Shown in pieces: positions 8,748 through 17,136 of a stretch of DNA of 64,000 bases. The position numbers and the translations under genes were made by a program. The notes under the pieces are model-generated. The model ran no database searches, was not told the origin of the DNA, and saw only the letters and a list, made by a program, of their open reading frames with translations. Positions within the stretch are counted from its first letter, which is position 1. Each line of letters opens with the position of its first letter. The stretch comes from Candidatus Woesearchaeota archaeon (GTDB lineage: Archaea > Nanobdellota > Nanobdellia > Woesearchaeales > ARS49). The DNA lies in NCBI GenBank assembly GCA_038891615.1, contig JAWADY010000002.1, forward strand, positions 32,001 to 96,000. The letters run 5' to 3'.

Positions 8748-9038
8748 ATGGTAGATGATAGTAAAATCCATTCTCCAGAAGAAAAATATAAACTGATTGG
8801 TAAGCTAGTCGAGGAACTAAAACTTAGAAGATATTCCTATCAAACAGGCAAGTCATATATTTCCACAGTGAAAGACTTTCTGTCTTCAGGTAAAACGCTG
8901 AGAGAGTTTCTGCTATTAGAATCTGGTACGGATATTCGATACATTCAGCAGTTATGAGGGTATAAAGATTTGAAAACGACACAAATCTACACTCACGTTG
9001 CAAATGAGAATATAAAGAAACTTGCAAATCTGCTTTAG
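8748..9038 (+). pseudogene. Tyrosine recombinase (integron-integrase/Xer-like) remnant with large internal deletion and nonsense codon
   Basis: N-terminal ELKLRRYSYQTGKSY fused directly to [29 protein letters not shown]; TGA at 8955-8957 and Tyr in place of His in the usual LLGH motif; box I/central region missing. Confidence 0.88.
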
Positions 9039-9047
9039 CCTTTAGAG

Positions 9048-9088
9048 TTCTTTTAAGCAGAAGATTAATGCCTACAATAAGTTAACAG
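9048..9088 (-). repeat. Right terminal inverted repeat of island
   Basis: TTCTTTTAAGCAGAAGATTAATGCCTACAATAAGTTAACAG, reverse complement of 1904-1945 with few mismatches. Confidence 0.8.
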
Positions 9089-9169
9089 AACACCAAAAAG
9101 AAAGATTTAAATATGAGCATCATCCTTTTTGATTTAAAAGTTGTAACATTTTTGTGAAAAGGTGAACAG

Positions 9170-9433
9170 ATGGCTGATGATGAAAAGAAGTTCTCAAGAC
9201 AAATTCTTGGCAAAACTGTTGTTTCCAAAGCAGGAAAGCGCTTTGGGACTGTAGGGGATATTATTTTTGAAACAAAGTCGGGTGAGCTAATACATCTTGT
9301 GCTTACCGATCCTACGATATATGCTGAAAAGCTTGAGCTTGAGCGCTCAAAAGAAGGTGAAATGCTCATCCCCTTTAGCGCAGTCATTGCTGTTGGCGAC
9401 TTTGTAGTCGTGTCCGAAGAAGACCTTGTTTAG
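9170..9433 (+). CDS. PRC-barrel domain protein (archaeal CdpB-like)
   Basis: LGKTVVSKAGKRFGTVGDIIFETKSGEL...IPFSAVIAVGDFVVV. Confidence 0.88.
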   Translation: MADDEKKFSRQILGKTVVSKAGKRFGTVGDIIFETKSGELIHLVLTDPTIYAEKLELERSKEGEMLIPFSAVIAVGDFVVVSEEDLV

Positions 9434-9508
9434 CAATTTTCTTGTAGCTTAGCGATTGCAAACCTTTCAACAGGCAAAGTTATTTAAAGCAGCATTTCTT
9501 GGCTTTTT

Positions 9509-10477
9509 TTGGGGGTTAAATTGGAGAGCATATGGACTGAGAAGTATAGACCAAAGAGCTTTTCGGAATTTTATGGTCAAGAAGGAATAATTGAAAGGAT
9601 AAAAGCACTTGTTGAAAAAAAGAATCTTCCCCATCTACTATTCATAGGTCCTGCAGGGGTTGGCAAGACTTCCCTTGCACTCGTCATTGCACGAGAGGTT
9701 TTTGGAAGCAGGTGGTCTGAAAATTTTCTTGAGCTGAACGCCAGCGATGAACGAGGTATTGATGTTATTCGCAGCAAAGTAAAGGATTTTGCACGTACGC
9801 GTGCTATTGGTGATGTGCCTTTTAAGATAATCTACCTTGATGAGTGTGATGCCCTAACAAAAGAAGCCCAGCAAGCACTTCGCAGGACAATGGAAAACTA
9901 CACAAGGACCTGCCGATTTATCCTTTCTGCAAACTATGGCTCAAAAATAATTGATCCAATTCAGTCAAGATGCGCGCTATTCCATTTCAAGCCTCTCGAA
10001 AAGGAACATATCTATGGGGTCATTGAACGTGTGGCAAGCGCAGAAGGATTGTCCATAAGTTCAGAAGCAAAAGAAAGCCTTTATACAGTTTCCGAAGGAG
10101 ACTGCAGAAAGCTTCACAACATTCTTCAAAGCTGCGCAGCTCTTGGAAAAGAAATTACGCCTGAACTTGTACTCTCAGTCGCAGGCGCTAGTGCTTCTAC
10201 AGAGTTAAGGAAAGTTCTTGAGCTTGCCCTTGCAGGTCGGTTTGTTGACTCACGAAGGCTTCTCCTTGATGTTATGCTTACAAATGGCTTGTCTGGCGTT
10301 GATGTCATAAGGCAATTGCAAAAAGAAATTTGGTCGCTTCCTCTTGAGCCAAGGAAAAAAGTCGCCATAATTGATAAATGCGGTGAAATAGAGTTTAGAA
10401 TGGTAGAAGGATCAGACCCATACATCCAACTTGAAGCACTCTTAGCACACATTTGCGCAGAAGGAATGTACAAATAG
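9509..10477 (+). CDS. rfcS: Replication factor C small subunit
   Basis: WTEKYRP, GPAGVGKT, LELNASDERGID, LDECDALT, IQSRC; start codon uncertain (TTG). Confidence 0.96.
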   Translation: MGVKLESIWTEKYRPKSFSEFYGQEGIIERIKALVEKKNLPHLLFIGPAGVGKTSLALVIAREVFGSRWSENFLELNASDERGIDVIRSKVKDFARTRAIGDVPFKIIYLDECDALTKEAQQALRRTMENYTRTCRFILSANYGSKIIDPIQSRCALFHFKPLEKEHIYGVIERVASAEGLSISSEAKESLYTVSEGDCRKLHNILQSCAALGKEITPELVLSVAGASASTELRKVLELALAGRFVDSRRLLLDVMLTNGLSGVDVIRQLQKEIWSLPLEPRKKVAIIDKCGEIEFRMVEGSDPYIQLEALLAHICAEGMYK

Positions 10478-10497
10478 TTTTAACAAGCGTTTTATGG

Positions 10498-11421
10498 CTA
10501 TCCAGAGCGTTTCACTGTCAGGCTTGTCTGCTTAACCCCTTCAAAGTCATAGCTTGCGGTTATTGTTAGTCTTTGCTCAAAGTCAGCCGGTTTGACCTGT
10601 TGCGTACAGCTAATGCTCTTCTTGCCATCGAAAAGCGTAACGGTGCCTGATGCAACTGTTCCAGAGGTTGTTAATCCGGTGCAACTTATCTCTCCAAGCC
10701 CTGCGTCAACCGTTACACTAACTTTGTTTTCTTCAAGGCAGTTGCTCCCCGACGCAAAAACCTTTCCTTCTCCTTTTTTGACAATATCAAAGCTAAATCC
10801 AATCTTGTCAGATGTCCGCGCCGTCTCTCGAAGGTTTTCAATTTGTATCGGCGCACCCGAATTAAAGACGGTCTTTGCTTCATTAATTTCACACAATCCA
10901 CCAGCCTCTGGATTTAGTATGTTTTTGCGTACGCAAAGCAAACTTTCAGCTTTTGTGCCGTAGTTGTAACAAACACTTGCGGCAAGTGGGAATGTGAGAG
11001 ATGCTCCTGCTAGCCTTGACTTGTAATTTAGGTTTTTGAACTCAACAGTCACAGGTAGACTCTCAATGATACTGCCACTTAGGTCACGCTTGCGTTCAGG
11101 AAGATCCTCTGTAGGCCTTCCAACGAGCTGTTCCTCAAGAACACCAAACTCAGATGGATTTATTCCAAAAAGTTTAACCCGCACCTTATCCTTGCTTACT
11201 GTCCACTCCCCCTTATTTTGAAGTCGCACCGTTACATCAAAAAAGTCTCCCCCGCCATCAAAAACTTCTGAACGGAAATCAACAAATTCTATAGAAAGCC
11301 CGGTTGTTCCTCCAAGAAATGGCGTTCTTTCTGGTGTTTTTTCCTTAACAGGCTTGCAAGCTACTAACACAAACAAAAGCAATGAGAGCAAAAGCAGTTT
11401 CTGGAAAAACTTTCTTTTCAT
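10498..11421 (-). CDS. Putative lipoprotein, beta-rich disulfide-bonded surface protein (paralog family A)
   Basis: Lipobox LVAC; GGTTGLSIEF, NKG, VCYNYGT..LC, SGAPIQI, ASYDF shared with 11464 and 14750 ORFs. Confidence 0.7.
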   Translation of the reverse strand: MKRKFFQKLLLLSLLLFVLVACKPVKEKTPERTPFLGGTTGLSIEFVDFRSEVFDGGGDFFDVTVRLQNKGEWTVSKDKVRVKLFGINPSEFGVLEEQLVGRPTEDLPERKRDLSGSIIESLPVTVEFKNLNYKSRLAGASLTFPLAASVCYNYGTKAESLLCVRKNILNPEAGGLCEINEAKTVFNSGAPIQIENLRETARTSDKIGFSFDIVKKGEGKVFASGSNCLEENKVSVTVDAGLGEISCTGLTTSGTVASGTVTLFDGKKSISCTQQVKPADFEQRLTITASYDFEGVKQTSLTVKRSG

Positions 11422-11463
11422 TTTTTCAATTTCTCTTTTTATACTTATATAAATCTTTCTGGT

Positions 11464-12408
11464 TTACCTGCTTGAAAGGATTGTAATATCGCGAACAACA
11501 GAGCTTCTATAACCATAGCTTATGGTGATTGTGAGTGGACTAACAAATGCGCTTCCTTGCGGTATTCCTGAGAGCTCACAAAAAACTGTCGCAAGCCCGC
11601 CAGAAAGCTTTACATCTGGGGCAGGTCTGCAGGTTGATGTTATTGAGCGACCTGCAACAGATACATCATCCAGCCGCACATAGTCAAACTCATCATAGCG
11701 CAAGCCTTCTGCTGCATAAGGGGAGCATTTGCTTAGATATGTTGCACCTGGCTTAAAGACCTCTCCACCGCCAACATTTGCAATTGCTATCCTGAACCTT
11801 GTTTTACCTTTTGAAGGCTCAAGCTGGATGTTTGTGACTGCTATTGGCGCTGCCTGCCCTCCTCCGAGCGCAACATTTTGCGGAGTGCAAACCTTTTGCT
11901 TAACCGTCAGCGAGTATGGGTCTGGGTCTATGCAAACATTTGCAGTAGCAATCGTTTGGTAGCCATAGCAAGCTGTTCCAAGGATTCTTGTTCTGTACTG
12001 GTCGATGCCTTTTGACCTCAAATCCCTTATTGTACCTCTAAATTGTACAACATCCTGTAGCCCAATTGGCTGAGCCAAACTTTTACCTTCGAGCTTAGGA
12101 ATTTGTGCTCCAAAAGTTGAAATCCCAGTTATTATGCTTGGGTCAAAGCCTGAAATGTATACCTTGTCTCCAGCCCCTCCAACATCAAATGCTCCTCTGT
12201 TCTCAATCCTCAACACGGCTTCAAAAGGTTGGTCGTCATAGAGCCTTGTTGGCGGAAGGTTTGGTTCAAAGCTTAGTACAAGTCCTTGGCTTCCAACTCT
12301 AAAATCAGGCACAAGCTGTTCTTCACGCTGCCGTCCCCTCAATGGCGCACAAGCAGATAAGAGCAAAAGTGCTAAAAGCAAGCCTGCAATGGCCATTACT
12401 TTTTTCAT
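11464..12408 (-). CDS. Putative lipoprotein (paralog family A)
   Basis: Lipobox LLSAC; GSQGLVLSF..PP..Y, NRG, ACYGYQT..VCID, QAAPIAV, ISYGY. Confidence 0.7.
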   Translation of the reverse strand: MKKVMAIAGLLLALLLLSACAPLRGRQREEQLVPDFRVGSQGLVLSFEPNLPPTRLYDDQPFEAVLRIENRGAFDVGGAGDKVYISGFDPSIITGISTFGAQIPKLEGKSLAQPIGLQDVVQFRGTIRDLRSKGIDQYRTRILGTACYGYQTIATANVCIDPDPYSLTVKQKVCTPQNVALGGGQAAPIAVTNIQLEPSKGKTRFRIAIANVGGGEVFKPGATYLSKCSPYAAEGLRYDEFDYVRLDDVSVAGRSITSTCRPAPDVKLSGGLATVFCELSGIPQGSAFVSPLTITISYGYRSSVVRDITILSSR

Positions 12409-12588
12409 ACCGCTACTTTGCCAACGTTCTTATTTAAAACTATCGTTAGAGGAGACAATTTTGCATTTATATCTTTGAATTTTGCCTTTATTTTGAGTCT
12501 CCCAATTTCATCTTTCTTAATACTTTTTTGAGTGCATTTTAGACAAATAATATTCTCCATCATATGTGCTACAGATAATTATATGGTG

Positions 12589-12604
12589 AAAAGTATTTAA
12601 ATAT
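12589..12604 (+). promoter_or_regulatory. Archaeal BRE/TATA-like promoter
   Basis: AAAAGTATTTAAATAT a little over 20 nt upstream of ATG 12626. Confidence 0.45.
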
Positions 12605-12625
12605 AAAAAAGATAAAAGAAAAAAA

Positions 12626-12835
12626 ATGTACAAACAAAAAACTACTTATAGCACGAATGCAAGTGGGCGTACCGACGAAAGATCTAACTATAACACGCGA
12701 GTGAAACGTATAGAAGACAGGGATAAAAGCGGGCTTTTGATGAAATTGGAGTGGCCAGAAGAGAGTATTTTTGATGATGGGAAACAAAATAACACTCTCA
12801 CTGGAGCAGCTCACCCAGGATGCTGTAAGCAATAA
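12626..12835 (+). CDS. 69-aa peptide, candidate RiPP precursor
   Basis: ATG just downstream of TATA-like box, directly upstream of rSAM/SPASM gene; ends TLTGAAHPGCCKQ; overlaps the rSAM 5' end. Confidence 0.4.
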   Translation: MYKQKTTYSTNASGRTDERSNYNTRVKRIEDRDKSGLLMKLEWPEESIFDDGKQNNTLTGAAHPGCCKQ

Positions 12836-14023
12836 GTCAGATCTAATCAGGATAGATAAGGATGTATATGCAGTAGTACGTCCAAACGAGATTTTATATG
12901 TGCGTAAAGAAGAATTAGACAATTTTAAGGATTATTCTATCCAGCCTATAAAGGAAAAAGGAAAATCCTGTCTTTCAGCAACATTTGTTCCAACACTTGA
13001 TTGTAATTTGAGGTGCATATATTGTTATGCTCGTGGTGGGGAACAAAAAGATATGATGCCCTCTTCAATGGCTCGTAGATTTTTAGAAAAAATGTATGAT
13101 CCAGCAAAACACGATGGAATTCACTTAAGATTTGCAGGCGGGGGAGAACCTTTTCTCAATTTTGCGTGTATAAAAGAAGCAGTAGAAACTGCTAAGAAAT
13201 TAACAGTAAAGTTTCTTTACATTGTATAACTAATGGGACTTTTAATAAAGAACAATTGTTTTGGATATTAAAAGAAAGGCCTCATATGAGGGTTTCTTAT
13301 GATGGTTTATCTCAGGAAATACAAAGGCCTTATAGAGGAGGAGGGGATTCATCAAACATAGTAAGAAGAAATATCCGAGAGCTTACAGATAAAGGAATAG
13401 AAACTGTTGTTCAGTCTACAATTACATCTTTAAATGTTTCTAAGATGAGAGAACTTGTATCAGAATTTTATGAGCTAGGCGTTCGAACAATAAAAATGGA
13501 ACCAGTTTATATAACCGAGAATTCAAGGGGAAATGCGAAATTGAATATTTCCCCTTCTGAATTCGTTTCAAATTTTCTAGACGCGGTTAAATATATCAGA
13601 GAAAATAATCTGGAAATGCAGATAGATACTGCTTTTTTTTCACGACCAACGCTAGGAAATTATTGTAGCTTATCTACTGGAAATATAATCTTAACTCCAA
13701 GTGGAGGTATTAGTGGATGTGTTGAAATAACAAATAATTGTGATTATCATTCAGGAGATGTCTTTTATGGAAAATTTGAAGAAGGTTTAGGGGAAATCAG
13801 GTTTGACGAGTCTAAGAAAAAATCTTTTGGGAAATTTCATTTTAGTAATTACACTAATTGCCCATCCTGTAATTTAAAACTTATTTGCAAAGGAGGATGC
13901 CCTCTTAGAAGAATCTGGAATCAGGAAGATCATTTTTGTAAAATTACTAGAAGGTTAGTTCCGCAACTTCTAAAATTATTTTACAAGGATCCTTCTTATG
14001 TTAAAATATTTATTAAAAAATGA
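12777..14023 (+). pseudogene. Radical SAM/SPASM protein split by a single frameshift near 13205
   Basis: CNLRCIYC and GGGEP in first frame; second frame opens VSLHCITNGT upstream of 13256, then VSYDG, QRP; SPASM Cys: YC..GC..CPSCNLKLICKGGCP..FC. Confidence 0.85.
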
Positions 14024-14724
14024 GACTAGATATTGCTTTAAAAAATAAAAAATTTGCCGATAGCAGGGAGAAGGCAAAATATCTTATTAGAGAAGGATAT
14101 GTCAAAGTAGACGGATCCATCGTTACAAAACCTAGTAAAAACGTTAGTGAAACCTCAAAAATTGTTTTGATTAAAGATTTTGAATTTGTTGGAAGAGGTG
14201 GCTATAAACTTGATGCGCCTGTGAAACATTTCAAAATCAGTTTTAATGACAAAATTGTCGCTGATGTTGGTTGCAGTACAGGAGGTTTTACAGATTATGC
14301 TTTAAAGCATGGGGCTAGGAGAGTATATTCTATAGATATAGGCGATCCTCTCTATGAAACTTTAAGGAAAGACCCAAGGGTTGTTTACCTTCCAAATAAT
14401 GACGCAAGAAATATCAAACGCTTGGACGAAAAGGTGGATATATGCTTAATTGATGTAACTTTCTCACCATTAGAAGAAATTCTTTTGGTTGTTAGAAATT
14501 GGTTAAAAGATAAGGGAGAAGTTCTTGGACTAATAAAACCTCCTTTTGAACTAGAAGGAAAACCTAAAAAAATATATGATTATAAAAAATGTTTTGATAT
14601 TGCTAAGGCTGTTTCTAATTGGGCATCAAAAAATGGATACGAAGTAAAGGGCTTAATTGATTCAAAATTAAAAGGCAAATCTTCAAAACAACAGGAATTT
14701 TTCATTTATCTTCTTAAGCAATAA
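14020..14724 (+). CDS. tlyA: TlyA family rRNA 2'-O-methyltransferase (S4 + FtsJ-like)
   Basis: MRLD..SREKAK..I.EG.V.VDG, FVGRGGYKL, DVGCSTGGFTD, IDVTF, LIKPPFE. Confidence 0.92.
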   Translation: MRLDIALKNKKFADSREKAKYLIREGYVKVDGSIVTKPSKNVSETSKIVLIKDFEFVGRGGYKLDAPVKHFKISFNDKIVADVGCSTGGFTDYALKHGARRVYSIDIGDPLYETLRKDPRVVYLPNNDARNIKRLDEKVDICLIDVTFSPLEEILLVVRNWLKDKGEVLGLIKPPFELEGKPKKIYDYKKCFDIAKAVSNWASKNGYEVKGLIDSKLKGKSSKQQEFFIYLLKQ

Positions 14725-14749
14725 CAAACCTGCATGTGCGTTAGAGGCA

Positions 14750-15667
14750 CTACCTTGGCAACTTCTTTATCTCAAACTCTCTGCTAAATGCATCGTTATA
14801 ACCATACTCTAGTTCAATGCCAAGAACAGCATTAAATGTTCCAAGCCTTTTGTCAATTCCTTCTGGTAGCGTGCAGAGCGCCTCTGCTTCATTTTTTGAA
14901 AAGACCAACTCGCGTTGGCAGTTCATACTTTTGTCAAGAAGAGTAACGCGTAAGCCAGCCTTGTTAAAATCCTCAGCCTTAAGTAGTCCTGCCGCGCAAG
15001 CATCTGCTGCCCTTCCTGGTCTGACAATTATCCCTTTTCCATTATTCCTGAACTTCAGTAGAACTTGTGGCAAGACTTTTCCTTTGTCTGGATGGCTCAA
15101 AATTTTAGGTTCAACGCTTGTTAGCACAACCGGTGCGCCTTGGCCTGTCAGTTTAAGGCTTTGCATTCTACAAACTTTTTTATTCGAAGAGATCTCAGCA
15201 AAAAGGTCAGTATCTATACAAATCTCGGGAGCAGCAATTGTGGCATACTCATAGCAAATGTCAACAGTCGCTTTGGCTGGCAACCGCTCAAGCCCTGGCC
15301 CTAGTCCCATTGCTTTTGCTGGAATGGTCTCAATAATCTTTTCGCCAGTCGGGTTGTCGAGAGACTTGCCTTGAAGCTCAATAAAGCCGGACTCCTTTGA
15401 AAGCTGCACAGCATCCCTATTATAGTTTATGACATAAACTCCTCCAGAAACATCATTTGCTCCTTTGTTCCAAATCTCAAAGGCGAGGTCAAAGCTTGAG
15501 CCTTCATAAACAATCTGTGGTGGAGAGTTTTCAATCCACCTCAACACAAGCCCTTCTGTACCAGTATGTATTTGAGGCTGGACGCCTGCTGGTCGTGTTG
15601 TTACAAACTGGCAACCAGCAACCAGCAACGCTGCAAAAATGCCTATAAAAATAAGCCCTTTGCTCAT
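14750..15667 (-). CDS. Putative lipoprotein (paralog family A)
   Basis: Lipobox LVAGC; GTEGLVLRW..PP..Y, NKG, ICYEYAT..ICID, QGAPVVL, LEYGY. Confidence 0.7.
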   Translation of the reverse strand: MSKGLIFIGIFAALLVAGCQFVTTRPAGVQPQIHTGTEGLVLRWIENSPPQIVYEGSSFDLAFEIWNKGANDVSGGVYVINYNRDAVQLSKESGFIELQGKSLDNPTGEKIIETIPAKAMGLGPGLERLPAKATVDICYEYATIAAPEICIDTDLFAEISSNKKVCRMQSLKLTGQGAPVVLTSVEPKILSHPDKGKVLPQVLLKFRNNGKGIIVRPGRAADACAAGLLKAEDFNKAGLRVTLLDKSMNCQRELVFSKNEAEALCTLPEGIDKRLGTFNAVLGIELEYGYNDAFSREFEIKKLPR

Positions 15668-17136
15668 CTCATTCGCCTTATAACATTTATTGTTCTTGCA
15701 TGCTCAATTTCATACTCGTACTTCGCAATGGTCCAAAAGGAATGTGTTGTTAGGGGTGTTTGGAGGATGGTTCTTGGTTCGAGTTCAAACAGTGCAAGAT
15801 ATGGAGTCTTCTCAACCGGATTATCGACGACAAATACATTGTTCTTCAAGTCGTCACAGAATGTAGTTTCTGCCACGGCACAACTTCCCTTGTACCAGTC
15901 AGAGGAAGGATTTAGGTTGAAGCCTTTTGGGGTTATCAGCACGAGCTTTTTACCCTTCTTTATTTTTCCAGTCCAACCAAGCGAGCTTTTCAGCATAATG
16001 CTCAGTGAAAACTCGTTCTTCCCTTCAAAATCTATAGGAATTGGAGAGCTAATTAGTGAATATTCAATAGAAACAGGGGCTGAGGTGGCTTTTTTTTCAT
16101 AACTCTTGTTTGATTTTGGAGGCTGTGCAATCAATCTTTCTTTATCTATGAAGTCTGCTTTTTGATACGCCATTGTAACAAATTCAAAATCAGCTGTAAA
16201 TCTAATTGTTTTTGTTTCTTGACTGATATCCGGAGAAAGGTCAAAGCCGTTTTCAATCCTGCAGAACACAGGCACATCTTCAGCGCCGCTTAAAGTTTTT
16301 GAGGATGGGATTACCCTTACTCTTTCCGGCGCAACTCCTGGCGCGCTGCAGTTAAGTGACAACTGAAGCTGATAGTCCAGTGTTGAAGCTCGTAATCTTG
16401 ATTCGATAGTAACCGTCTCGCCGGCTTGCCAATCCTCTTTTGGAAGAGGAACCGGTGAGAAATAAACACCTATTCTTTCTGCTGATTTTGTATCTACAAG
16501 CTCCTCATATGAACGAAAACCAATGATTGCTTCCTTTTGTTTTTCTGCTTGTGCCTTTGTCACATTGGTAAATCTTTGCAGACCGCCGATTGCGCCTTTG
16601 ATAACTTCTTTTAACTGAGTTCCTGGTTCAACCTTTATTACTTCTTGCACACCAGCTGCTTCAGCAGCACGCCTTGAAGCCTCGCGTATTTCAGCTGCGT
16701 ATGTCAAGCTGAAAATTGTCAGCCAGAATATGACATATAATGTCCCAAAAACCCTTGCGGTGTTTCCAACAAACTCTGGTTTTGCGAACACAAGAAAGAT
16801 TGGCCATATCGGCGCAAATATCAGTATCAGTTGCGCAGCGTTGGCAGCTGCCGGAATGAATTTTACAAAAAATGTAGCAACATATGGCAATGCAAACGCG
16901 ATAACAGAAACAAGTAAGTATCCTCTCTTTTCATCCCAGCTCTTTGCCTGAAAAACGCTCCAAGCAAAAACAGTAATAAGAGAGTAGGAAACAAGCATAA
17001 GGATTGTTGTGAGAGGCGTGCTAACCCCACTCAGTCTTCCAAAAAAGAGGTCAACAATGTGAACAAGTAATGTGAGCCAGAAAAGCCCAGATGCTGGCGC
17101 GGTTGGGAGAGGCATTTTAAAAATCACTCTGGCCAA
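15664..17136 (-). CDS. Multi-pass membrane protein with extracellular beta-rich domain
   Basis: About five N-terminal hydrophobic helices; C-terminal ADFEF.T, SAPVSI, AKYEY motifs echo family A. Confidence 0.6.
   Translation of the reverse strand: MARVIFKMPLPTAPASGLFWLTLLVHIVDLFFGRLSGVSTPLTTILMLVSYSLITVFAWSVFQAKSWDEKRGYLLVSVIAFALPYVATFFVKFIPAAANAAQLILIFAPIWPIFLVFAKPEFVGNTARVFGTLYVIFWLTIFSLTYAAEIREASRRAAEAAGVQEVIKVEPGTQLKEVIKGAIGGLQRFTNVTKAQAEKQKEAIIGFRSYEELVDTKSAERIGVYFSPVPLPKEDWQAGETVTIESRLRASTLDYQLQLSLNCSAPGVAPERVRVIPSSKTLSGAEDVPVFCRIENGFDLSPDISQETKTIRFTADFEFVTMAYQKADFIDKERLIAQPPKSNKSYEKKATSAPVSIEYSLISSPIPIDFEGKNEFSLSIMLKSSLGWTGKIKKGKKLVLITPKGFNLNPSSDWYKGSCAVAETTFCDDLKNNVFVVDNPVEKTPYLALFELEPRTILQTPLTTHSFWTIAKYEYEIEHARTINVIRRMR

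Larger units (their letters stand above)
1904..9088. mobile_element. AT-rich genomic island bounded by imperfect inverted repeats; decayed integron-like organisation
   Basis: Sharp AT enrichment relative to flanks; 1904-1945 is the imperfect reverse complement of 9048-9088; contains recombinase pseudogene, attC-like site and co-oriented cargo genes. Confidence 0.75.
12444..14747. mobile_element. AT-rich insertion flanked by 9-bp direct repeat CGTTAGAGG
   Basis: CGTTAGAGG at 12444-12452 and 14739-14747 coincide with the composition shift; genes inside are opposite in strand to the paralogous lipoprotein genes on both sides. Confidence 0.7.

Noticed and set aside
8955-8957. TGA readthrough or alternative genetic code in the recombinase
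   Set aside because: TGA is a normal stop in many genes here (pheS, radA, iscS), and the gene also carries a large deletion and a His-to-Tyr change
1899-9093. Tn7/Tn402-type transposon (TGT...ACA ends)
   Set aside because: No 5-bp target duplication (TAGGC versus GAACA) and no transposase; kept only as an inverted-repeat-bounded island
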